Assembly: GCF_030144855.1 (NCBI RefSeq)
Contig: NC_082719.1
Coordinates: forward strand, 46,624,001-46,688,000
Length of the DNA: 64,000 nt
Origin: Hypanus sabinus
Taxonomy: Eukaryota
Direction of reading: 5' to 3'
Below are positions 52,603-64,000 of this stretch, one piece after another (position 1 is the first letter of the stretch; every line of letters starts with the position of its first letter). The notes under the pieces are model-generated. The model was not told the origin of the DNA and searched no databases. It saw only the letters and a program-made list of their open reading frames with translations. Both the position numbers and the translations under genes were made by a program.

Positions 52603-54889
52603 AAGGTAGCTCGTTCCTTTAGAAAACGAAGTATTTCAACCATCAGTGAAATGGATGAAATAGGTTAAGATCTCCTGAATGCACTGCCAACATTTCTCTT
52701 CCAGATGTGGTAGTAATTCTTCTTCTGAGACTGGGCCAACTCAATTCCAACCTGCTCCCTGTTGTTCTTTTTTTTTGTATCCAGTAGCAGGAAACACAAG
52801 GGAGAGATGAATTTTCAACTAATACATCAAATCTTACGAGTCTGATGGAGGAGATTGGGAGCTATACTAGAAATATTAATAACACACTCCATCTAGTTAC
52901 TATATTGCATACATTTACCACTGTGCTCTAAACAACTCTGCTCTAAAGAAAAACAATACAACTTATTTAAACAAGTATTTTAATCCAGGTAAACAGAAAA
53001 ATCTAAATAAAAGACCCACTATTATAAACTGCCAGTTATGAAACAAAATTCAAAATAGACATTATTAGTGCTTTGATTAACTGTGTTTGCCTGGTCTTTA
53101 AATGGACACATGGACACTTTTGTCCTGCCTGTAGAATTTTTTTTTGCTTCATTGGAGTGGTTGCTGTGTTGGGTTTAAGATGCTTATCTGAAAAGTAAAT
53201 GTAATTGTCTGAATCTACTCCAACCGCCAGCACTTTGTGTAACCTTAGAGCATACAGCCTCCTCAATAGCCAACATCATTCACCTTTGAGGGATGGATTC
53301 TCATTACATCAGCCGGTAAATGACCTCAGTAACTCCTGCTGCTGTTCATCTTTTTTTGGCAGTCTTTTTAGCCAATCTTTCAAAACTTCCATCTGTTTTA
53401 TGGGGTAAAATGGACTAAGTGCAAAATGGATACTGTGACACGGGATGACATTTTATGGTGCTGGGATGATAACAGTTCATGGTCTCTTAAATTTCACTGC
53501 AGTCAGTCAAAATATCTAACCTCTCATTAATATCTTCCCTTTGTGAGTCCCAGAATATTACTCTGCCAAGATGCCCCATTGTGGCTTCTACCTATTGTGA
53601 ACAACTTTTTTTGTTACTGTACTTGACTTCAGTCCTCAGGTTTCAACTGTTCCACCTCTGATAATATAATCTCTTCAATGTTGGACGCTCTTAGTTGCAT
53701 GCAGCATATAGTCATTGTTGTTTGAGGCTTACAGAAATGAATGATCAAAACAATGAAGTTCCAAAACTCTCATTTACTGTTCGGCTCTAACTTTGTTCAC
53801 CGGTCTCCTGTGCGGAACCTTATTGAGGACGTCTGAAAGTTCAATATTTCCCCCCATTCATGAAATTAGACACATTGTCAAAAAGCTCAATAGATTAGTC
53901 AAACATCATTTTCACCTTTATAAATTCACAGTGATACTTCTCTATTATGTTATTATTTTCAGAGTGTCCTGATAAATCACATTTTTTTTGTAGCTTCCTG
54001 CATTTTGCAATGGTCAAAGTCAGGATAACAAGGCCAAGAATGCACTATTTTCTCCTTTTCTTTCATAAATAATGGGGTCGCATTTGCTACCTTCCAACTT
54101 TCAGAAGACTATGGAACCTGGGAAGATGATAACTACAGAATCCACCATTACACTTCTACAAACTCTGGGATGTACTCATCAGACCCTCAGATTTACCGTT
54201 TTCAGGATCATTAACTTCAAATAATTAATTAATACATTACTTAAGAGGAAGACAGCTTTGGTTGAACACCTGCATGCACTAATCTTCAGAAGGCCAATTC
54301 CCTATATCTGTATATTGCAGTACTGCCCAGCTGCTTGTATCACTTTCAGTGGAAGCACAGCATTGTGATGTCAATGCAAGGTAGAGTTACAAGCATTTCT
54401 ATTTCACAGTTGCCTGGACTATTCATGTGATCAAATCAAGCGCCCACCAATACTCATAAAAATTTACACTGCCTGGTTTCACTAATTCTCCTTTCCCAAT
54501 GACCTAGCACACAAATGTGAAAAGACTGACCCTGTTTTATAGATTTGCAAGTCGGTGATATAATTTCCCCTAGCCAAGTCTCCATTCCCTGCTTCTTTGA
54601 GAGTGATACCTGTTGTCCCACAGGAACCAGGGCCAAATGGCAGCTGGTGCGGAATGAAAGGGATACTGCCCTGCAGTTCAATGCAAAGTCCTGAATATCA
54701 TTACTGACAACTGAGGTTCAACAAACCTTGCTGAGACTGACCCTGCTAACATGTTGTTAATTCAATATCAGCATTCTTTAAAGACAATCCACAATCTCAC
54801 CCTCTTCAGAAGTTAGGATACAACTAAATGGCAACCATGCTATTCTTTGCTACATTATAGTAGCCTTAACATTAAGGTACCCCAGTGCA

Positions 54890-55100
54890 GTGTCATGGTA
54901 GTGTAGTGGTTAGCATGATGCTATTACTGCTCAGGATGTCAGAGTTTGGAGTTCAATACCAATATCATTTGTAAGGAGTTTGTACTCCTGTGGATTATGT
55001 GGGTTTCCTCTGGGTGTTCTGATTTCCTCCCACAATCCAAAGCTATTAATTGTTCACTGTAAAATGCTCCATGGTTAGGGTAGGGTTAAATCAGAGTTGC
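54890..55100 (+). mobile_element. tRNA-derived V-SINE-like element
   Basis: A-box tggtagtgtagtggtt, B-box ggagttcaatacc, and V-domain-like gtgggtttcctctgggtgttctgatttcctcccacaatccaaag. Confidence 0.7.
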
Positions 55101-55464
55101 TGCTGTTACAACTTTATCTCTACATAAATAAATAAAGTTATATTTAGTTCCTCCAGCCCTGAACCAGAATGGTCTGTAGAAACTCTGAAGGCACACTTCA
55201 GGTCACTGGAAGAGTACTCTTATACAATTTGGCCAGAGTTTTCTATTCTTTACTGCCTGATACAGAATACCCTGCCTAAAGGGCAATTGTGGTATGAGCA
55301 GCATTGAATGAGACTATAGCTCTTTCCAAATGAAATGTAGGAATAAGAGGAATTTTCATAAAGTTTTTACACATTCGAAAACACGTATTTAAAGCAAAAT
55401 CTCATTCCACCATCATATCACAACAATCTGGCTCTTTCCTCCAAGGTGTTCACTCCATCTGGAA

Positions 55465-55937
55465 TGGGAGCGGACCGGAATTCCCTACAAAGGACTGTGC
55501 GAAGAGCTGAGAGGATATTAGGGGTCTCCCTAGCACCCGTCCAATACATTTATCAGAAATGCTGTGTACGCAGGGTATTATCAAAGATCCCACCAATCCT
55601 CCTGGCATCCTCTTTGATTTTCTACTATCAGGCAAGAGACTAAAATGCATAAAGACAAGAACCGTCAGGATGGGAAACAGTTTCTTCCCTCAGGCCGCTG
55701 GGCTTCTGAACTCCCTGATGCATCACGTTCGAAGTGTCACTGGTTAATCTGTTCTGTAGCTGACAATATTTAACTTATGCACTTTAGTTTGCTTAATTAT
55801 ATGTAATTCACCTGTAGGCTTTATCCTTACTTTCCCAAGTTATTGTGTGTTATATGTACTTTTGTACTTTACACCCTGGTCCAGAGAAATGTTGTCTCAT
55901 TTGATGTATATAGTTAAATGACAATAAACTTGACTTT
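55465..55937 (+). mobile_element. Rex1/Babar-type 3' fragment
   Basis: ADRNSLQRTVRRAERI.G, IIKDPTNP...LFDFLLSGKRL..IKTRTVRMGNSFFPQA. Tail atgacaataaacttgactt. Confidence 0.8.
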
Positions 55938-56241
55938 ACATGCCACATTTAAGACTGTGCCTGTACTAATAATTTTTCAGCAGAAATGCACAAGTAATAA
56001 TTTCTATTGCTTTCCACCTCCTCCCTCAAGACTGTGCTGATTGTGAATACTCGTCTAAAACAAACCTTCTCATATGGGGTTTCTGTTCCACAGATGCTGC
56101 TTTACTGGTTGAATCATAGCAGTATTTCTCTTTTTGTTTCAGATTCCAACATCTGCAATATTATTTGTTCACCAATTGGTCAGAGTTCTCTCAGTGGTGA
56201 TGAGATTTGTTTTATCTCAGACAGGACCGCTGATTAAAGGT

Positions 56242-56560
56242 TAGATTAGAGATTAGCTTTATTTGTCCCACGTACGTTAATACATGCGATGAAATGTGTC
56301 GTCTGTGTCAACGAGCAACATAATCAGAGGACTCGGCTGGGGGCAACCAGCAGGTGTTGCCACACCTCTGGCGCCAACATAGCGCGCTAACCCTAACCGC
56401 ACTTCTTTTGGAATGTGGGAGGAAACCAGAGCAGCTGGAGGAAACCCACGTAGGCAGAGGAAGAACATACACACTCCTTACAGACAGTAGCGGGAATCTA
56501 ACACTGAGCAGTAGGCGCCGGTACTGTAAAGTGTGCTAACCGCTACGCTACCCAGCTACC
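56242..56560 (-). mobile_element. tRNA-derived V-SINE-like element with Rex-type tail
   Basis: Reverse complement gggtagcgtagcggttagcaca...gattcccgct...gtgggtttcctccagctgctctggtttcctcccacattccaaaag. Tail gacaaataaagctaatctctaatctaa. Confidence 0.75.
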
Positions 56561-56639
56561 CACACCAAAATGCTTGGGAACCGGTGTGATTCACGTCTCC
56601 AGGAAGCAAGGCTCTGCCTGTTTTACTTTTTTGCTGAGG

Positions 56640-57750
56640 GACTAAAAGTTGCTAAAAATCTATAAATAAAGGAAGTTGCTGCAGGAATTTGGAAAAATCA
56701 TAATAGAGTTAGACAGTGCCAATATGAATTCACAAAAAGATAATCCTATTTCATAAATCTGGTTTCTTTGATTCTAACTAACAGAGTAGTTGAGAGGAGT
56801 CAGTTGATATGCTATGTTTGGAAAACCTTTGAGAATGTGCAATGTGAAAGGTTTTACAAGAGGCACATAAGATAGCGTGGCAGTGTCGTTGCACATAAAT
56901 TACCGAGAGTTCATTTGTAGTACAAGAAGCAAAAAGGGAAGCAAATGTTATTTCTTAATTGCTAAAGTATTTGAGTACAAGATTACAGACTTCTTATGTG
57001 TGGCCCTGATGTGACAGCAGCAAGAACATTATGAGCAAGTCAGTCATACTTCTCAAAGATGTAGAAATGCATGTGCCGCAAAGTCTTTGCTCATTAGGTT
57101 GTTTCGTGGTGTTGCGGGGAGGAGGGGTGGTTGCTTTGATCTCCAAAAGGTTCATCAAACGGAGCCTCTCCTCTCCTGATCTGAGAGATGATCTCATTGA
57201 AGCACATAAAATAGTTACTGGGGTTGACAGAGTAGATGCAGGAATGGTGTTTACTCTGGCTGGACTGTCTAGAATCACTGGTCACAGTCTCAAGAATTCA
57301 TGACTAAAATGAAATCATTTCTTCCACCTATTGAGTAATGAACATTTGGAATTTTCTACCCAAAAAGCTTTGGAGCTAAATTGCTGAATATATTCAAAAC
57401 AGATATTGATAGGTTTTTGGATACTGAAATATAGGGATAGCAGAAATACAAAAGACTACAGATACTGGAATTTGGAGCAACACACAAACCTTTGGATGAA
57501 CTCAGTGTGTTAGTTGGCACCTGTGGAGGGAAATGCATGGTCGATTTTTTGGGTCAAGACCTTTCATCTGGATTGGTGGGGTCAAGATGAAGGATCTGGA
57601 TCTGAAGAATCAAATGTCCATTTCCTTTCAGAAATATGGTTAGTGCAGGAAAGTGGCACCGAAGTGGAAGATTTACCATGATAATGTATGGTGGAACAGG
57701 CATAAGGAACTGGATAGCCTGTCACTGGTTCTATTCCTTACATTCCTATG
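56640..57750 (+). mobile_element. Ancient CR1 remnant containing an inverted pair of Penelope terminal fragments (about 57455-57630)
   Basis: LRDDLIEAHKIVTGVDRVDAG..F....SRITGHSLK. Insert gcaacacacaaac...gaactcag...caagacctttcatctgga followed by gtcaagatgaaggatc. Confidence 0.6.
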
Positions 57751-59652
57751 AAGTATGGCACACAGGTGTCACAGTCAGCACAATCTATATTGCTGCTGTA
57801 TAGAAAAGGTCAGTGTCCAGTAGATATGATGCTCACGTAAGCTCTCACAAACAATAAATCACATATGGATTTTGTGTGCTTGACAAGCAGAGTGAACAAA
57901 ACTCTAAATCTTTAACATACTATGTATGATCCAATCCCTTCCCTCAAAAACAATCATCATCTTTCTGGGTATAAACCACAGAAGACTGTTTTCCAGCTGA
58001 AAGCCCAAGTATTCCTTGCAGTGGAAGTCATTAAGTGATAATCTGGAGGTCCGGATTCTCTGCAGCTTCGAGGACTTTTGGTGTTAGGTCAATGTTGTTC
58101 CACTCACTGCCTACTTGTTTGTTCACCAAGCCCACAATCTCCTCTCCAGTTCTGTAGACTTCATTTTCTGCTCATTCACTTGCAGAGTCAATACGTTTTT
58201 CTCAGCTGTTATGCTGCTTTGGGGCTTCCTTAGTGATTTATCCAGCATTTGATGCACTTCATGCCAATAATTAGTTTTTGGGTGCTGGTAATAGTGAATA
58301 ACTACATCCTCAAGGAATGAGAAGAATAAATGAAATATGTACAAACAATGAAAAATATAGAAACTAACCATGTATAATTGCATTTCTGAACATTAACTGA
58401 ACTTGGGAAGGTATAAATTATCCAACATTTATTACTAAAATCCGTAATTCTCATGACATCTGCACATCTTTCAATTTGAAAATCTAGTATTTAATTGGCT
58501 GGGGACCATTTCATTGCTGCAGTTATAATTTTCCATGATTGTGATCCCCCAATGGCAGTATAATATATTTTGCATCCCTTTGACACTGTTGCATTTGTTT
58601 TTCCTGGTAATCTGCCAAATGTCTTTTGTATTCAAAGTGAACTCTGTGGGGAAATATGGCTCATGGCACACTTTGTAGACCTTAAAAATGAAATATCTTT
58701 TTCTACAATAATTTGCACACTGGATGTTCTTTTTGGGAAATCCGGGCTTCCATGGCACTTGTAATTCTTTCCCAAACTGTCTGATCTGTAGTGGTGACTT
58801 TTTTTTTGCTCTGGTTACATTTAGTTTTAGAAAATGAAGGATTAAGTACTGGAAGTGTTGGAAAAATTTAATTGAAATGGATATTTATCTTACTGCATAG
58901 GATCCTGTGGTGAGAATATGACTGCTGGTTTGTAAACATCAGTGGTTATTTTTCATAATGAGTCACTGTATGTAAAATACTTGGAAATGGTTGAGGTAAG
59001 ATGAGGCAAGAAAACCTATTAAAAAGTGTAATCTTAAGGATGTTAGTAAATTCAACATAAAAGAAAAATTGGTTGAAAGTTGGAAATCACACACGTTATT
59101 CTTCTTACTTAAAACAGCTCAGGAGAGGCTTAAGTCTGGTGCTAAAGTATAACAAGGCTGATAAGAATTACAATGGGAAATAAAGAACTAATTTACTTAA
59201 AACTGAATAAAACAGCAAGCAGTAAGGCAGAGACAAAGGGGAACTGAAGATAAAGCAGTTGAGAGTGAGACATGGCTTTGAAGGATGGAAAAATCTTCTG
59301 CCTTCATTGAAGGGTAATAAACTCCCATTCCTTGTAATTAAATCAGTGTAAAGATGTCTAAACTGACTTTATGGCACCCCAACTTGAATTTACTGTTTTC
59401 TCAGTTCTTAATTAGCAGCAAAGCACAGTTATAAGTCACTTTGTAATACTTTTCAATGACCATGATGATTTCACTTCAAGAGAGTTTCACTAGAGCAGCA
59501 CAAAGCAAACAGTTAATTTGTTTTTATATTTAATTTTGTGTATTTATTCACGAAGTATGAAGAAGCATTTTGAACTTCAAGAGCAGAAATGTCAAAATTA
59601 ATTGTTGAATGATACGAAAATGTTTTTTGGTGATAAGTATTTATGGACTTAC

Positions 59653-59714
59653 TGTGTAAACCATATTTCCTAGTAGCAGGCAGCCAGGCGTCTTTCCATT
59701 TCCAAATACAGTGT
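59653..59714 (-). CDS. atp8a1: ATP8A1 coding exon (TM7-TM8 exoplasmic loop and start of TM8); upstream exons not found in the window
   Basis: cttcctgcag|AC ACT GTA... gives (D)TVFGNGKTPGCLLLGNMVYT, donor |gtaagt. 62 nt, phase 1 to 0. Confidence 0.93.
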
Positions 59715-61269
59715 CTGCAGGAAGCAAAAACACTAACATGAGTTCAATAGTTCAAACTATTAGTTGCTGAAAGCTCCAAGAAAATAATCCCACATCTGCT
59801 AGTCATATCGCAGCAGCAGATTTTTCAAAGTTAATGTATGAGTGATTTTTAAAAGAACTAGTTTATTGTGGGTAACTGCTCCTCCAGGATTATTCTAACA
59901 AAGATATAATAGCAGCAGAAATTTTTTTTTGAAACATTGTGGTGCTCTGGGGTACATCTAGTGTACTATACATAACTAGTATCCTTCCAAACTTTCAAAG
60001 TAAATTAGAAGAATGATTTTGGAAAATTTAGGCCAGGTGCTTTGACATCTACTGTGGGAGAAAAATTGTGAGTAGATTTCATGAGCAGCAAGCAGAGAAC
60101 ACTTTGTGAACATAAGAACAATAATGCTAAGCAAAAGGCTTCTATATACCTGTGCCAAAACATTAATTATGAGCTTTATGCTGCAATAAATGAAATGGAT
60201 GACATTAATGTGAATGAGATTATTTATAGCATAATCAAGGTGAATCTTGGAATGACAGACAAGTTTCAAGTTTACATCCTGGATTTTTTATAAAATATAT
60301 AAAAAAAACACACACACATATTACAAACAGCAGCAGTCAATGGAAATTGTTCCATATGGACAGCTGTAGTTAAAAGAATTGCAAAGTTCTGCTGCCGGGA
60401 ATACTGATAAGCCATTGGAAGATTATCCAAGTTTGTAAAGGATGTGATATATAAAGTTTTCAAAGCATAGGCTAAATGTCTACAAACTATAGAACATATT
60501 TAATGAAGAATGGGGGAAAACTCCAAGTGCAATGGTTCACCAAATCTTTGGATGTACCAAAGTACATAGGGGAAACCAGAATGCTTGAATTTTGAAGAAT
60601 ACTAGATACTGCAGACTACATTACTACAATAATAAGGACCTCTTTCTTATCTGCACCATGACGATGTCCTAACATAATGCTGTGGTGGTGTTAACATTGC
60701 TAAAACATTTAAGTATAGTCTTCACATCAGAAGCTTTCTATATTCACCTTTTCCCTCTTTAATCACTTAAAAGCTTCATCGTTTGCCAACATAAGAAATC
60801 ATTCTGCACAGAAGCACATTGGAAAAATTTGCAGTCTCAGCAAGTACTCACATATTCAATCATATCTACTCTTTGCAATCTCAGAAAAATAACTCAAGGC
60901 ACTTTGAATAAAATAATCAAGTACAGTTACTGTGAAGGATGCAAACTCCTACACACAACCAGATTCCTTGTATAGTCAGATGAAGAACAGCCAGTCTTTT
61001 GACTATCAAAGAGAGACTGGGAGAATTACTGCTTCTCTATGAACACCACCATGAAATCCAAACCCCTTGAGAAAGGCCAACACAATTTTGACTCAACACC
61101 TCATCTCAAAGAACACATCTGTCAGGGCAGCACAACCTTCTTACTGAACTGCAGCTTTAAACTAGTTTATCTGTTCTAATACTGTTGTAGCATCTAACTC
61201 AGGCATTTTACCTGTAAAATTGATTAATCTATACACATAGAATATTTAGATAGTGAAACATAAAATGTG

Positions 61270-64000
61270 AAATGGTCAAGTGATGCAGAGAAATGCTTAC
61301 AGGACTGCTTTGAGTTGGTGGACCAGACAATATTCAGGGATTCATCTTGAATCTGAATGAATATGCCATAGCTGTCACCGATCTTATCAAGAACTGTGTG
61401 GATGAGTATGTGCCTTTAGGAACATAATGGACATACCCAAACCAAAAGCAGTCGATAAACGAGGAGATTCGCAGTCTGTTGAGGGCTAGATCTATGCCAT
61501 TCAAAACTAGTGATGCAGAACTATACAGGAAGTCCAGAAGTCCAGGTATGAAGGGTATTTTAAGAGTGAACAAACAATTCCTATTGAAGTTAGAGACAGA
61601 ATCGGATGCACATCAACTTTGGCAGTGTTTGTAGGCCATTACTTCCTACAAGGCTAAACCTAACATCACAATGGCTGTGGTGCTTCGATCACAGATTACC
61701 TCAACATCTTCAATGCATGCTTTCAGAGGATTCAGAGTCACAATCAGGTTTATTAACACCAGCATGTGTCGTGAAATTTGTTAACTTAACAGTAGCAGTT
61801 CAATGTAAAGCATAATCTAGAAGAAAAAAACAAAAACTAAATAATAATAATTACACTATACAAAATTGAACAGATTAAAAATCAAGCAGAAAACAGAAAT
61901 ATTATATACTTAAAAAGTGAGGTAGTGTCCAAGGGTTCACTGTTTGTTTAGGAATTGGATGGCAGAGGGGAAGAAGCTGTTCCTGAATCACTGAGTGTGT
62001 GGTTCAGGCTTCTGTACCTCCTACCTGATGGAACAGTGAGAAAAGGGCATGTCCTGGGTTCTGGGGGTCCTTAATAATGGACATTGCCTTTCTGAGACAC
62101 TGTTCACTAAAGATGTCCTGGATACTTTGTAGGCTAGTACCCAGTATGAAGCCAACTAAATTTACAACCAACTGCAGCTTCTTTTGGTCCTGTGCAGTAG
62201 CCCCTCCATACCAGACAGTGATGCAGCCTGTCAGAATACTTTCTACGGTACATCTATAGAAGTTTTTCAGTGTATTTGTTGACATACCAAATCTCTTCAC
62301 TCTCCTAATGAAGTATAGTCACTGTCTTGCCTTCTTTATAACTGCATCAATATGTTGGGACCAGGTTAGATCCTCAGAGATCTTGACACCCAGGAACTTG
62401 AAACTGCTCGCTCTCTCCACTTCTGATCCCTCTATGAGGATTGGTATGTGTTCCTTCATCTTACACTTCCTGAAGTCCACAGTCAGCTCTTCTTCTTACT
62501 GACATTGAGTGCCAGGTTGTTGCTGCGACACCACTCCACTAGTTGGCATTCTATATCTCACTCCTGTACGCCCTCTCGTCACCACCTGAGATTCTACCAA
62601 CAATGGCTGTATCACCAGCAAATTTATAGATGGTATTTGAGCTATGCCTAGCCACACAGTCATGTGTATAGTGTTGATCATCACTGAGGAGGAGATGTTA
62701 TCACTAATCCGCACAGTCTGTGGTTTTCAGGTTAGGAAGTCAAGGATCCAATTGCAGAGGGAGGTACAGAGGACCAGGTTCTGCAACTTCTCAATCAGGA
62801 TTGTGGGAATGATGGTATTAATTACTGAGCTATAGTCGATGAACAGCATCCTGACGTAGGTGTTTGTGTTGTCCAGGTGGTCTAAAGCCATGTGAAAAGC
62901 CATTGAGATTGCGTCTCCCATTGACCTATTGTGGCGATAGGCAAATTACAATCGGTCCAAGTCCTTGCTGAGGCAGGAGTTCAGTCTAGTCATGACCAAC
63001 CTCTCAATACATTTCATCACTGTAGATGTTAGTGCTACTGGGCAATATGCATTAAGGCAGCTCACATTATTCTTCTTAGGCACTGGTATAATTGTTGCCT
63101 TTTTGAAGCAAGTGGGAACTTCTGCTTGTAGCAGTGAGAGGTTGAAAATATCCTCGAATACTCCCGCTACTTGGTTGGCACAGGTTTTCAGAGCCTCACC
63201 AGGTGCTCCATTGGGATCTTCTGCCTTGCGAGGGTTCACTCTCTTTAAAACAGCTTAACATCAGCCTCTGAGACGGCGATCACAGGGTCATCAGGTGCAG
63301 CAGTGATATCCACAGCTGTAGTTGTGTTCTCCCTTTCAAAGCGGACATAGAAGGTGCAGGAGAATAATTCTACACCTGAGCAAATCCCTGCAATATCTGA
63401 TGTCCCTGTAATCTGCCTTGAGGCCAACGTTAGAACTTCTTTCAAAAGAGTGAACCATTGCAAGGCGCCAGGCCCTAATGGTGTACCTGGTAGGATGGGA
63501 GTGTTCAAAGACATCTTCACTCTCTCACTGCTGCATTCTGAGGTTCCCATCAACTTCAAAAGGGCAACAAATCATACCAGTGCCCAAGAAGAGCAGGGTG
63601 AGAGCTGCCTCAACAAGTATCAGCCAGTTGCACCCACATCTACTGTGATGAAGTGCTTTGAGGATTGCTCATGGCTAGAATCAACTTCTACCTATGCAAG
63701 GACCTGCACCTGTTGCAATTTGTCTTCTGTAATAACAGGTCTACAGTGGTGCTCCACCCAACCTTGGGTCACCTGGAAAATAGCTGTACTTACGCATGTC
63801 AAGCTGCTGTTTGTAGATTACGGCTCGGTGTTCAATACCACCATACCCTGAGTACTAATCAACAAGCTCCAAAACCTGGGCCTCTGTACTTTCCACTGCA
63901 AGTGGATTCTTCACTTCCTCATTGGGTGATCATAGACAATGCTGAATGGAAATAACATCTTCTCGCTGACAATCACCACTGGTGCACCTTAAGGTTGCAT
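61270..64000 (+). mobile_element. Older Rex1/Babar element (61270-61726 and 63358 to end), split by an antisense insertion
   Basis: LQDCFELVD.TIF, YPNQKQSINEEIRSLL, LNIFNACF at left. At right ENNSTPEQIPA..SFKRVN..KAPGPNGVPG, VMKCFE, LLFVDYGSVFNTTIP. Confidence 0.85.
61727..63357 (-). mobile_element. Rex1/Babar element (same subfamily as 41418-43405) inserted antisense
   Basis: [57 protein letters not shown]. Tail (rc) ctggtgttaataaacctgattgtgactctgaat. Confidence 0.9.

Noticed and set aside
54890-54965. tRNA gene
   Set aside because: A and B boxes are present but there is no cloverleaf, and the sequence continues into a V-domain, so it is a SINE head.
59715-64000. Next upstream atp8a1 exon (expected VFWVHCLNG...FWFPLKAL)
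   Set aside because: Not found by eye; it probably lies beyond the window end.

Overview
Vertebrate genomic DNA, most likely from a cartilaginous fish (shark or ray), inferred from its CR1, Rex1/Babar, Penelope and V-SINE repeats. It has one assembly gap (N, 23170-23335). Two convergent host genes are present. shisa3 is complete on the + strand (exons 296-569 and 5690-6207, 263 aa). The last seven coding exons of the P4-ATPase flippase atp8a1 lie on the - strand (59714 down to the stop at 17062); I traced them by hand through GT-AG sites with consistent phases. The SHISA3/ATP8A1 tail-to-tail arrangement matches known vertebrate synteny. Most other listed ORFs are fragments or antisense shadows of transposable elements. 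These include CR1 LINEs, Rex1/Babar LINEs, Penelope-like fragments with minimal hammerhead-ribozyme motifs, a Tigger/pogo derivative, a Tc1 derivative, a probable solo LTR and V-SINEs. I see no clear new multi-gene system. The best leads are: (1) two strong unused splice cassettes in the last atp8a1 intron that would remove the GYAFS regulatory tail; (2) ~100-120 bp hammerhead-bearing Penelope-derived inserts with target-site duplications; (3) an apparent ectopic gene-conversion tract between CR1 copies 18 kb apart; (4) a Rex1 copy inserted antisense into a relative and truncated at the homologous position, forming a long palindrome; (5) a C-terminal extension of Shisa3 ending in a PDZ-type motif.
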